64,000 bases of DNA from Tubulanus polymorphus (taxonomy: Eukaryota; Animalia; Nemertea). Below the pieces are notes generated by a model. It was not told the DNA's origin. It saw only the letters and a program-made list of their open reading frames with translations, and did not search any database. This document shows positions 52,305-64,000 of this stretch, piece after piece. The stretch covers positions 10,920,655 to 10,984,654 of the forward strand of contig NC_134033.1 of NCBI RefSeq assembly GCF_964204645.1. The letters are read 5' to 3'. Each line of letters opens with the position of its first letter. The stretch's first letter is position 1. A program made the position numbers and the translations under genes.

Positions 52305-52541
52305 TGAGAGCCTGTGTGAGCCTGTGTGAGCCTGTGTGAGCCTGTGATAGCCTGTGTGAGCCTATGAGAGCCTGTGTGAGCCTGTGAGAGCCTGTGTGAG
52401 CCTGTGTGAGCCTGTGTGAGCCTGTGAGAGCCTGTGTGAGCCTGTGAGAGCCTGTGAGAGCCTGTGTGAGCCTGTGTGAGCCTGTGAGAGCCTGTGTGAG
52501 CCTGTGTGAGCCTGTGTGAGCCTGTGTGAGCCTGTGAGAGC
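52305..52541. repeat. 10-bp tandem repeat (CCTGTGWGAG) x23
   Basis: Seen directly; ends about 157 nt upstream of the 52699 acceptor. Confidence 0.97.
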
Positions 52542-52698
52542 TCTCGGGTTTTTATTACTAGCAAACTCAAACCTGCTAATGTGAAACTGGATCCAGAGCC
52601 GAATAAACCCCATAACTGGGAACGTGTTTCATGTTGATGACTGTTTGTGTCTGCTGGAAAGATTTCGTTAAAATTCTCTTCCGTTTTTATCTTTGCAG

Positions 52699-52866
52699 GG
52701 AAAATGTCAACGCAAGGAACCGCCGTGTAAATACCTACATCCTCCACAACACTTAAGAGAACAGTTATTACAGAATGGAAAAAATAATTTGATATTAAAA
52801 AATTTACAAATGCAAGTCGCGCAGGCATACGGGATGATGCCCATGATACCAAATGCCATGCCATAC
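52699..52866 (+). CDS. mbl: Muscleblind second coding exon (56 codons: rest of ZnF2 and Q/M/P-rich linker)
   Basis: Acceptor ttttatctttgcAG|GGA at 52697-52698. Translates as [56 protein letters not shown], completing [20 protein letters not shown] and the conserved HPPQHL-x-x-QL-x-x-NG-x-N segment. Donor TAC|GTAAGT at 52867, phase 0. Confidence 0.96.
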
Positions 52867-54677
52867 GTAAGTTAACACGATCCTTTACACGTTTTCTTAG
52901 CTTCAAAAATATTCCCATTATGTCGATGACTTTAAGGGTCGTCCATTTATTAAGCATTCATTAACGTCCCCCGTTTACCTCAGCTAAGTTTTCAAATCGA
53001 TCCGGATTTGAGAATAATGGAATATTTCTGGAAATACTTGCTCCGTGGATGGCGGTGACAGAGTTTCAGATTCAGTTATTGGAGTTATTGGCTGCAGACA
53101 TCTCCATCCTCCCATCATATTTGCTTAATAAATGAATGGCCCCCTAACTGTATATTTATTACACTAAAATTCGCTGTTATAAATGTGTGCTAACGAATAC
53201 AAATGATCTAAAGCTTCTTTGCGCATTCAAAAGAAAACCGATTTTCACCTTCAGATTTCTCAGATTCGTTAGAATTGAGAAAGTTTTTGCTGAGAAATTC
53301 TGTTTTTTATCCAACTTCTCGATATTTGCTACGTCGGAAGCCGGAACAACATGCGTCTTAACGCTTCCGGAGAAGATAGTCGCCTGCATAAATCGACCTA
53401 TGACATCATCAAGTTACTAACAGCCAGTTAACTCCGAGAAACAAAAGCCAATTCAGAGCTGTGGTAATTAATGATGACATGGGGAATCTATGGAGGTAGC
53501 CATCTTGAATTTGATTTATAATTGAAGAGGCAGATGACCCATCACATATGGTTACTATTCTTGTATTAGTATCACTGTAACCATTGCTTATAAGAATTGC
53601 CTCATAAAAAATTGCGATGTCTCCATTGAAGGCGTTTACGTGCTCTTCCTATATAGATGATAAAAGAATTTTGAACTTTTTAGAAAAGTCTTCGGTTATT
53701 TCTTGATTTGGTTTAGGAGTATGATAAACACGTGTACACAAATATTTCTCTGGCATTGTTTTTTGTTTTGTTGAAATGTTCCCGACTCAAAGAAAGTCGG
53801 TCTATCTGTGCATTTGTAAACAACAGCTATTTCGGGGTGGATTTGAGGCAGCTGTCTGGAAAAATGTAAAACCAAAACCTCGATTCTGCTGACTTCTTAC
53901 TCACCGACAGAAAAAAGATGAAAGAGCATCAAAGAGATGACGCTTTGTTTAGCCGAGGTAGAAAATCTTTTGTTGCGCCATAATGTAATTTTTGATATGA
54001 CGCAGGCCGACGATGGCTTTGCGATTTGAAATTATATTTGTTGGTTTTGAAAAGAAATGAATCATTGCTTAAAAATTGGTTCAATTTTCTTTATTCGACC
54101 GATCGGTCCTTCGCATACCGGTCTTTCATCAATCCAGGTCTTTCGGGGTTTATCAGTCGGTATTTCTTCGTCTCCCTTTCTGTCTACATCTTATCAACTA
54201 ACTATCATTATGGAGAATATAGAAAAGGGAAAAATCAAAACAGCTAAGAATTTAACCAGGAAAATTCGGAATAAATTTAGAATATTATATGATACCGTGA
54301 TTTAACTAACCTGACAAGTTTTGATATATAAACCAAAAAAGCCAAAAGAATTTTGACAACCTGTAGCCAACGCCTTTAGTTGAAACGTGATAACTTTCAG
54401 GGTAAGGTAGGGGTGAATATAGGTATTGCAGATGTGATTTGTAAAAATAAGGTGAACGATTTACTCTGATTGTTTGGTTGTGTTTTTAAATAAAGAATAG
54501 TTATATTCGGTATTCAGGTGTTGAAGGATCTGGGTCATAAAGGTTTCAACATTGTTTACTTTGCCTAATTCAGACACTGTTCAAACAGTTTTTCCGAGTG
54601 GGCTCTAAAAATCCTTCACCGGTTCAAACTTCGCATTCTCAATTTTACCATTCCTTGAGAGATCTGTGGTACGGCAC

Positions 54678-54714
54678 ACCAGTTATCCCGTCAGATGGCG
54701 CCACTAACATATCA
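54678..54714. repeat. 37-nt sequence, exact inverted copy of 46953-46989
   Basis: ACCAGTTATCCCGTCAGATGGCGCCACTAACATATCA. Confidence 0.9.
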
Positions 54715-55691
54715 GACAAATTCTAGTATATATGTATATATTTTGTAATAAAATTTCTTTCGCGTCCGTTTGTTCCGCGACCTTTCAAAAATGAAATGAA
54801 TATAAACAATCGGCTGTAAGCTCATTAAATTTTTCGAAATATCTGAAAATCTGCCGCGGACAAATTTTCGATTGAGACCGGCGCGAAACGTCCGTAGAAG
54901 ATTTATTTCGACATCGCTACGGCGATAATTGCGGCGTCTGCCGAAATGCGCCGACGACGTCTGTTGCCGCCGAATACCGCAGTTTGTTACGAAACCCCGT
55001 CAAATTTATACCTTTTAAAACGACGATTTACAACAATGCGAAGAAAAATCGATGGTTACCGCGGACGATTATGAAGGATTAGTCGCGTCGTATGTGGAGG
55101 ATTTAAACGGATTAGTGTTGATAGCAATCGGTTTTAATCCGGCGATTTATAGCGGATTATTCGAAGATAACAGTAACTTTAATGAAATAATTGCCATCGA
55201 TGACGGAGACACTGTGTGATGAATCGTTGAGCGTATTCAAATAAAATATACATATGAAGATAGTTGAACATTTTCTTGACAAGTTGCTGTTGCATTTACT
55301 TTTATTAGATTCTTTACACCCAGCTCACTGTATCGTCACAAAGCTCGCTGTATCGTCACTTCGCTCATTGGTTGAATAATCAGCTACCTGACTTATTGGC
55401 TGGATAGTCACTTTCCTAGGTAGGATAGTGACTTCTCTAGGCTGGATACCACTTTGCTAACTTAGTGGCATCATCACCTAGACTTATTGGCTGAATGGCC
55501 ACATAGGTTACTACTTATTGGCTGGATTGTCTCCTAGGTAACTTATTGGCTGGAAAGTCACGTAGGTATCTATCTCACTAGCCTTGGTTTGTAGTTTAGC
55601 TGATAAGTCGATTAACTGATGGTTGATGAGCTATCTGAATAAGGGATGACATACAGCTAACTTACAGACCTCATGACTTTAGTTCAGGAGT

Positions 55692-55693
<2 letters not shown>

Positions 55694-55783
<90 letters not shown>
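55694..55783. repeat. (TA)n microsatellite
   Basis: Seen directly. Confidence 0.97.
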
Positions 55784-55786
<3 letters not shown>

Positions 55787-56788
55787 GGTGACTAACTCAC
55801 AAGTTCCCTAAATAATTGCTTTACTCTGTCGTCGTAATGATGATGATCATCTCATCCAGCCGGTAATGACATAAAAAAGCTTCTTCTCATCTCAACCTAA
55901 ATCTATTCATCATCATTCATATTCAGACAGTTTCAGGTAGTGTAGATAACGAACCAGTAAGAGCTACAGTAGTTCACGAAATCACCGCGTGTATAAATCA
56001 ATTTATTCACATCTCTAATTCCTATAACGTAAGAATCTACGGCTTATTTGCCCGGCTTTCATCGGGCGCGGCGTCGAAATCACCGGCTAATTCGCTTGCG
56101 TAACCCTGTAATGTGGTTTTTATATGCGAGGCGACCATTGTGTGCCATAAAATGTCTCGATTTCTGGCGTAAACCTGCGCCGAGACTCGACGCGCGCGTG
56201 ATGGGAATACGACACGTACGAGAGTCGTTTCGATATCGACGAATTCATCTATCATGATTGGCCGAAGTCTGTCTGCCGCTGCGAGCACTCTGATTCAATT
56301 TATTTGACGGAGGAAATCTTTTTCGCCTCACCACTACTGTATTAACCCATTACCACTGGAAAATAGGCAGCGTATAGAATGTTAGCGGATGTAGATGTCT
56401 GCCGAAGCGCTGTCATAACGCCATCTACGCAAAATCTAAGTTTGTTTTTTTGACTGCATAAAAACTGTCACAATAATCTTTATATACATAGATACCTATG
56501 TTTTATTTAGTGAATTCTGTGTGAGTCGATGCTCATCTATATTGGCGTTTCAACTTAACTATTTTTGGAATTTTGGCATTTATTTTCTAATTAAATGTAT
56601 TTCATAACTCTTATTTTATTTTGGATGAATTTTGATAATTATCTTTGGTAAGATGCGCACTATGGCATGAACCGATTGCCGGTCAATTCAATTCAATTAT
56701 TTGATAGGGTAAAAGATTAATATGAATGTTTTCTGTATTGTTACTATAAATACTCACATGATTTGTAGTACAGAAATGTTGACGGTAC

Positions 56789-57338
56789 TACTGAGGTCTT
56801 CATCTCCCCTTCCCTGCTGAGGTCTTCATCTCCCCTTCCCTACTGAGGTCTTCATCTCCCCTTCCCTGCTGAGGTCTTCATCTCCCCTTCCCTGCTGAGG
56901 TCTTTATCTCCCCTTCCCTGCTGAGGTCTTCATCTCCCCTTCCCTGCTGAGGTCCTCATCTCCCCTTCCCTACTGAGGTCTTCATCTCCCCTTCCCTACT
57001 GAGGTCTTCATCTCCCCTTGCCTACTGAGGTCTTCATCTCCCCTTCCCTGCTGAGGTCCTCATCTCCCCTTCCCTACTGAGGTCTTCATCTCCCCTTCCT
57101 TGCTGAGGTCTTCATCTCCCCTTGCCTACTGAGGTCTTCATCTCCCCTTCCCTGATGAGGTCTTCATCTCCCCTTCCCTACTGAGATCTTCATTTCCCCT
57201 TCCCTACTGAGGTCTCCATCTCCCCTTCCCTACTGAGGTCTTCATTTCCCCTTCCCTACTGAGGTCTTCATCTCCCCTTCCCTACTGAGGTCTTCATCTC
57301 CCCTTCCCTACTGAGGTCTTCATTTCCCCTTCCCTACT
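56789..57338. repeat. 26-bp pyrimidine-rich minisatellite, about 21 units
   Basis: Unit CTGAGGTCTTCATCTCCCCTTCCCT(A/G). Confidence 0.97.
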
Positions 57339-57974
57339 TATTAATTACTTTGAGACGTATTTCAGTGAATGAAAGGTAATTTCTGTATTCTCACTGTGTT
57401 TGAATGATCATTCATGAATTGCTGAATAAGCGAAATGTATCGGATGATGATTATGACACCCGCTCAATACCAGCAACACTTTCTCACATCAATTAGTTTA
57501 TTGTGTTTTATTCCTGTGATACTGGATATTACATTCGTACCTCAGGGGTTATTCAGTGCTTTATTTCCTTAAAGCTCATGTTTTTTACCTATTGTGTTAT
57601 CGGCATATTTGATTTTCATCATTCTGGTTCAATGATTTTCTTCATAGTCATATTATTCTTAACGGATGCTTCTGTAGGTTTTCGTTTCATACTTTTAAGA
57701 ACATATTATCATTTCGCCATCTATGTACGTATAATGACATGTTTGGGACAAATTCTCGCGGAAAATCGATATTCGTACAGAGTTTAGCGTTTATTATTCT
57801 GGATGTTGTGACATCTTATAATCATTGAAGGTTCATAGGTAGAGATCTTTTGTTACTAGTACATTGGATAGATCGTCTCTTTCAATAACATTTGTTTTTC
57901 GTGAGAACTGAGAACGTTTTAACTTATGGATGAAGAAGACAGCTCCGGCCACTAGTCCTGCTATCAACACAATA

Positions 57975-57976
<2 letters not shown>

Positions 57977-58028
<52 letters not shown>
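57977..58028. repeat. Compound (CT)n(AT)n microsatellite
   Basis: Seen directly. Confidence 0.93.
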
Positions 58029-61000
58029 CTCAGTTGGTTCATTGTATCGGATGAATTGTTCTATCTAACAGCTATGATTCTATCTACAGATATCTCGCTA
58101 TAAATATCTCTTGAATGTGCAGTTTTTATGCAGTGTTGTCTTCAGCATATTTGTTAAGAAATATCCATCGGCCTGCTGCTGCCTCTGACTGCTTCAGGAT
58201 TCCTAGTTACAGCTCAGAGAGGTTGAGGCTGAGGAGAGGGGGCGGGAAAGGAGAAGATGGTGGAGGTTATGCAAAGGAAAAGTGCAACAGAGAGAGAAAG
58301 AGAGCATGAGTTAAGAGGGGATTGTATCAAAAGCTAGGAGGAATAAGAGAGAGCACAGAGAATGAAAGAAGAACAGATTGATAGAATAAGAAAACATGGG
58401 AAAGAAATATCCATTCGTCAGTAAAGAAATGTGTGTTCATGATAAAACATCTGACAAGTGATAGTGCTAAAAATTTTGAAATTGGTTTCATTGTGATGTT
58501 CTGCCATCTTGTCTGGAAACATCTTTCTGCAGTTTCTGATTCGTACATATCTTAACTCTCATTCAGAAATTGGCTCGAAAGAGATCAACTTTATACTAAT
58601 TGAATTCAATTAAAGTGTCAAGGACACATCGTACGTAGATGCTTATTTACATAATTTGAGAAATGTATTTTGTCTGGTGAATTGACATAATCGCAATCAG
58701 CAATATACAGCGAATAGACAGTGAATAGACATGCCGGCAAACATCATTTTCTGAATAGTTGTGAAGTGCAAGTTCTCAGCGGTCTTTATGCACACAATCA
58801 AACAAACAACAGAAAAATAATCGTCGAGATTGTGATAATATTATCGAGAGAATCCTGTTATCTATGAACGGAGCATAGCTTCGCTACCATCTCTCGTAGG
58901 GAGGTTAGTTCTCCAGTTACAGGTAATGGAAAGTATATCTCCGGTCAATCTTTAGGAGGAGGGAGGATGGGATTTGAATTTACGTAGGTATGACAATAAA
59001 TATAATTGATTGGTTTCATCATTGAGACTTGAAACTGGTCCGGCTTTCATTCTGAGACGGTTTAATAGAATAGTTTCTAACTTAAACCTGTGGGTTTATA
59101 TATATATATAAGATTTAGATATGTAGATTTAACTAAATCCATCGTTGATATAGTAACACAGTAACACGTGTTGAGATCTGCGGGGGATGATATCGACCGT
59201 GTTGTATCCGCTCTATGCTTATGTCCCAGTTTTTCCATTACAAAAAGTTTTTCGACCGAATAGCGTGTATTAAGAAATGTGCGAAATGCTCCTTCAGGGA
59301 AATCGGGTTTGTAAGGTTTTTCTCGTTGCGGCGAATATGTGGATAATTTCTTACAGCGTTCGCTGTTTCTTTGTTTATCGGTAACGAGACAGCGGTGAGT
59401 ACACCCACAGGTAATCTAGTATGCCAGTCATGTATATCTTGTCTGGTGTTGCTCGTTTGGTTTGTGCAGCTATTGAACGCTCTCTCGCAGTAACTCGAGG
59501 AGTGTTCTTGTCCATCGGATCGCGATACATTTTACATAATGGATACGTACATGATGTCCAACTGTGACAGAAAAAATGTATAAAAACGACCTAAAAGCGC
59601 CATTAGATCGCTTTTTGGTTTTTGGAGTCTTTATGGAGTGTTTTTTTCATATTACTTCTTGCTGTTTACCAGAAATCAGTAATTAGTGAGAACACATCCT
59701 CAACACGCTGCTGACCGGAGCGGTGTCAACAGGTTTGACGTTGCTCATGTTGAGGGAGGTTAAAAAAAACCGACATTCGTCTCTACTCAACGCATTGAGA
59801 TGATTCAGCTGAACTCTGACGGAATTGAGCCCTGAATTTTATCTCATTAAATATTATCGTCACAAGAGTTTGAAGTTTGCGCCGCCTCAAATTGTTGATG
59901 CTTCGCAATTTCGCCAAATATCTAACGTGTTTAATAATCGAAGCTTCCAAGATCTGAAGTAGGAATTTTTGGCATTGGGAATCGGCGTATTTTAATTCTA
60001 TTCTGCGCAGACTGCGTGAAGTTTATATGTTTTCGTTACGGCGTCTTTTCTTTGTCGATCGCATAAATTAGCGGGTATCCGTCTGGCGCGCGTCGTCGTC
60101 CGGCGTGACGCGATTGCGAAAACAACGTCTTGTCGAGGTGGGCGCTATTTCCGGCGCGATATAAATCCGTCGTTGCCGGTGACGACGACAACGTCGCTAG
60201 ATTTATCGCATCGCTTTACGTGAACAGATTCCGTGATTCCGTTCCGAAAAATATATTAATTACGACTCGACGGCTATAAAACTGTCGCCACGGAAACTCG
60301 GTCAGGGACTGAGTATATCAAGGTCATTTCACTGATTTCACTTGTAAAGTTGCAGTATATGACGACCTTAACCTTAACCTATTTTATATGGGTACCACTG
60401 TCACAGTCTAGTCATGGTGCTGTAATTGCTTCGTTCACCTTGACCTTCACATATTCCATATTTTCGCCGTAGATGATGGACAATGGATGAACTTGCTTTC
60501 TGCATTCCAACACTAATCGACCTTTTCACCGATATATACCTGGCTGTACCCTAGCCTTGGCCTTGGCCTAATGATTCTCCAGTCCACGCGCTGAATTCAC
60601 TGTCGGGTTGACACAGTGACCTTCACCCCCGATGTAATCTATTTCGTAATAATGCTGTGTGATTGGCTAATACGAGAAATCGAATGTCATATGCTGACTA
60701 GAACTGGATTGCGGTGAATTACTTGACCAAGGGTCACTGTAAATAGCTCAGATCGGATTAGGTTGGATTTATTCACTGCCGATATCACGATGAAACCCAA
60801 TTATATTATCTGATACGCGGCTTATTGTTTTTCGCTCTGATCTTTATTTCACATCGGTCGTTTATTGATCAGGAAATTGAATTTACTTACACTAGACTTC
60901 CTTCCTCTCGCTGCTCCCTGCTCTCTCCTCTCTCCTCTCACTGCTCCCTACTCTCTCACTGCTCCCTTCCCTCCCTACTCTCTCCTCTCACTGCTCCCTA

Positions 61001-61047
61001 CTCTCTTCTCTCACTGACTTATCCTCATGTAGACTGATGTTTTCGGG

Positions 61048-61155
61048 CAGATGGACTGGTTCCCTGAAGCAGATGGATCTGTGTTAGGTCAGGTGGACTG
61101 GTTCCCTGAAGCAGATGGATCTGTGTTTGGTCAGGTGGACTGGTTCCCTGAAGCA
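61048..61155. repeat. 42-bp tandem repeat, about 2.5 units
   Basis: Unit GGACTGGTTCCCTGAAGCAGATGGATCTGTGTTAGGTCAGGT. Confidence 0.85.
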
Positions 61156-61557
61156 GGCAGAGGCTGCAGTTGCTAAAAAGTTGGTTAAAGATAACAGGCG
61201 GAAATACCATGGTAAAAATGAACTTCACTATGTCAACTATCCAATGGTTAACTTAAAAGAACTTTTTATCAACTGCTGCCCCAGACAGATATCAGGTTTC
61301 ATGAAGGTGTCGTATGGCATCATTAAGTAGACAGGTCAGTGTTAGGTGATTCGGACTGGTTCAGTAAAACGAGCAGACCGGTATCAGGTCAGATTGACTG
61401 GTTCCCTGAAGCGGACGAAACGCGACTACTGTTGAAAAATACACTGATTAGCTCTCATCATCGTCGGTGGCAACAAGAGTTGTAGGCGTTTCATTGTTGT
61501 CCGTCTGCGATGAGGGAAAATGAGTCATCAGCGATGAGACACCAGACAGTGAAACCT

Positions 61558-61937
61558 AGTGACATGATTCCTCAGTGACTTCCTAGTCTGAGAATAGAGA
61601 CATGATTCCTCAGCGACCTCCTAGTCTGCGAATAGTGACATCATTCTTCAGCGACCTCCTAGTCTGCGAATAGTGACATCATTCCTCAGCGACCTCCTAG
61701 TCTGCGAATAGTGACATCATTCCTTAGTGACCTCCTAGTCTGAGAATAGTGACATCATTCCTCAGCGACCTCCTAGTCTGAGAATAGTGACATCATTCCT
61801 CAGTGACCTCCTAGTCTGCGAATAGTGACATCATTCCTTAGTGACCTCCTATTCTGAGAATAGTGACATCATTCCTCAGTGACCTCCTAGTCTGAGAATA
61901 GAGACATCATTCCTCAGCGACCTCCTACTCTGAGAAT
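61558..61937. repeat. 38-bp minisatellite, about 10 units
   Basis: Unit TAGTGACATCATTCCTCAGCGACCTCCTAGTCTGAGAA. Confidence 0.95.
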
Positions 61938-63355
61938 GGAGCACGACTTACAAAATTAAATTTCATCATTTCTAATTGATTTGATTTAATCATTCGAATG
62001 CACGCGGCAGTTGTAAAATACCTACAAACAGAAAAACAGTTTCTTTTTTTAAATACAACTTTAACTCAATAATTAAGGAGTTGATGAGTGGCTCATAGGC
62101 TGGCGTATTAAAATCATTTACTACACGCAGAATTGAAATACTGCGTGACAAAAAGCTGTATAATTAAATGGCAAATTTTACATTCTAACTGAAAATATTG
62201 AATTTCAATTGCCTGGGAGACGAATTTTGAATTTTTGACAAATTTTCGCGTTGAAATTTGAAAATTTTAGCGAACTGTGTCATGAACTGAAAGAAGTATT
62301 CACTCGGAGGGATAGAATTTTAAATTTTAAACGTAAATATCTGAATCTATCGGAAGAGCACATAAATCATTGTATCATTTTTTGATTTATCGGATAATTC
62401 TATATTTTCTCTTGATTTCACTCGTGAAACTCGAGATTCTCATTGCTTTTTATTTCGCATTCTCATCTCGCTTGTGAATAATAATAGCAGTTACCTGAGC
62501 TTCATCGTTATCCAAATATCTGCTTTTATCAGCTTCAAAATTATAGCTTCAAATATTTGCCTCAATATTTCACTGTTGCTATTTCAATGGTATGGCTTTG
62601 ATCCGGTTTCGGTCGCAGATTGAATTCGTGCACTGTGCCAAATTTGAAATATGAAAAAAAATGAATGGCACGGATCAGTCCATTATTGGCACTGTGCCTA
62701 GCAGCCACAGTCTTAATTATGATTTCTATATTTGGTTTAAACGTAAAATCAAACAAAAGAAGCTAAAATTACTTATGTAAATCATAATATATTAAGACCC
62801 TAATGACTGTCGAGGGTAAATTCAATCCAGTCATGGCTTATTCCGGTCTTTTCTAAAACTAAGCCGTCTGGCTGAAGTTCATTGTTGACTGTTTGATTTT
62901 ACGTGTGAAATAATGCTGGATTTTTTACGAAAAGCTTTTTATTAATATCTCGCTCGTCTCTTTAGCAAAATATTTTGCGAGGTAAATGAACGCATCCAAC
63001 CTTTTTGACTTATCCAAACTGCTCGAAGAGAATTTTTTGCGCGCAGACTCGCTTTATCTTTATCGAGATAAGATTTATGAATTAACATTAGTGTATCTGT
63101 GAATACCAGACGTGATGTGCTGCTGATGCCGTGCGGAATTTCCTGCTACCTGTTTGTTTGCATAATGAAATATGTTTCGGTGTTCGGAAATGATATAAAC
63201 CATAACCCATAACCATACATAAAAAATTGTGGTCTGGCCGATTATCTGTTGGAGTTCGTACAGATAAAAGTAGAACTGTTTACCGAGCAGAAATATGTGC
63301 TATCATTGTCTTTATGAATACCGGTTAAATCTCTTAGATTATAAAGGTAGCAGCT

Positions 63356-63438
63356 CCTATTGTTCCTGAACAGCAGCTGAGCTTCCCCTACTGTTCCTGA
63401 ACAGCAGCTGAGCTTCCCCTACTGTACCTGAACAGCAG
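63356..63438. repeat. 31-bp tandem repeat, about 2.5 units
   Basis: Unit CCTACTGTTCCTGAACAGCAGCTGAGCTTCC. Confidence 0.85.
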
Positions 63439-64000
63439 TATTTGTTACTGCTGTTTTCAAAGAAATGAACTCGATTACTGATTGATTTGGGAACAGACTA
63501 TAGAATAAATCGAGGTTGGAAGTGGAACAGACTATAGAATAAATTGATGTGGGAGGAGGTTGAGGTGAAATCAGAAACAAATTCAGATATTTGCAGATAT
63601 TCCTCAAAACTCAAGGAATAACCTCACTGTTTTAAGTAAATTTTTCGGCTACTAATGCGCTAGGGGTGAAACGAGCTCTTCACTTGAGATGATAAGAAAA
63701 ATGGATGCGTTTATTTGTTGATCTATATTTTGCTATATTTCATACACGTATACATCACTTAAGTATTATAAATACTGCACTAATTGATATGAATTTGATC
63801 TTCAATATCATTTTCATTATGATATTCTATTATTGCTCTAATTATAATCGTCATAACTAATGTCATATATATATATATATAATTATTATTATTACTATTA
63901 TTATTATGATATTCAATATGGTTAAATAATATATATAAACATATACGTATGTTATGTTAGCCAGCGCTTATTTGCTAGGCTATTTTTTCATCATTAATGC

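Larger units (their letters stand above)
37257..52698 (+). other. mbl: mbl intron between the two zinc-finger exons (15,442 nt, GT-AG, phase 0)
   Basis: Joining 37256 to 52699 restores an intact second CCCH finger in frame. Confidence 0.93.

Noticed and set aside
52295-52957. 220-aa minus-strand ORF
   Set aside because: It is the antisense shadow of the mbl exon plus the decamer repeat (AHTGSHRL repeats), with no recognisable domain.
52867-64000. Further mbl coding exons
   Set aside because: None recognisable; the gene probably continues beyond the window, though a short low-complexity exon could have been missed.

Overview
Eukaryotic (invertebrate, AT-rich) genomic DNA spanning the 5' part of a muscleblind (mbl/MBNL) gene on the + strand. 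Two coding exons are clear: 37065-37256 (ATG, CCCH zinc finger 1, start of finger 2, within a 605-nt exon 36652-37256) and 52699-52866 (rest of finger 2 plus a Q/M/P-rich linker), separated by a 15.4-kb phase-0 GT-AG intron. No further coding exon is recognisable before the window ends. The rest is intron or upstream DNA with several candidate non-coding first exons, a tRNA-derived SINE, at least three MITE families, a Penelope-like inverted repeat carrying a minimal hammerhead ribozyme motif, more than a dozen unrelated minisatellites and several (TA)n tracts. The main hypothesis is a circMbl-like module. The ATG exon is bracketed by two inverted MITE pairs that only distal-promoter transcripts would contain. 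Back-splicing would add ISGESC-stop to the reading frame, and CUG/YGCY clusters (Muscleblind's own binding motif) lie in the exon and introns. All regulatory interpretations are inferences from sequence alone. Almost all ORF-track entries other than the two mbl exons are spurious.
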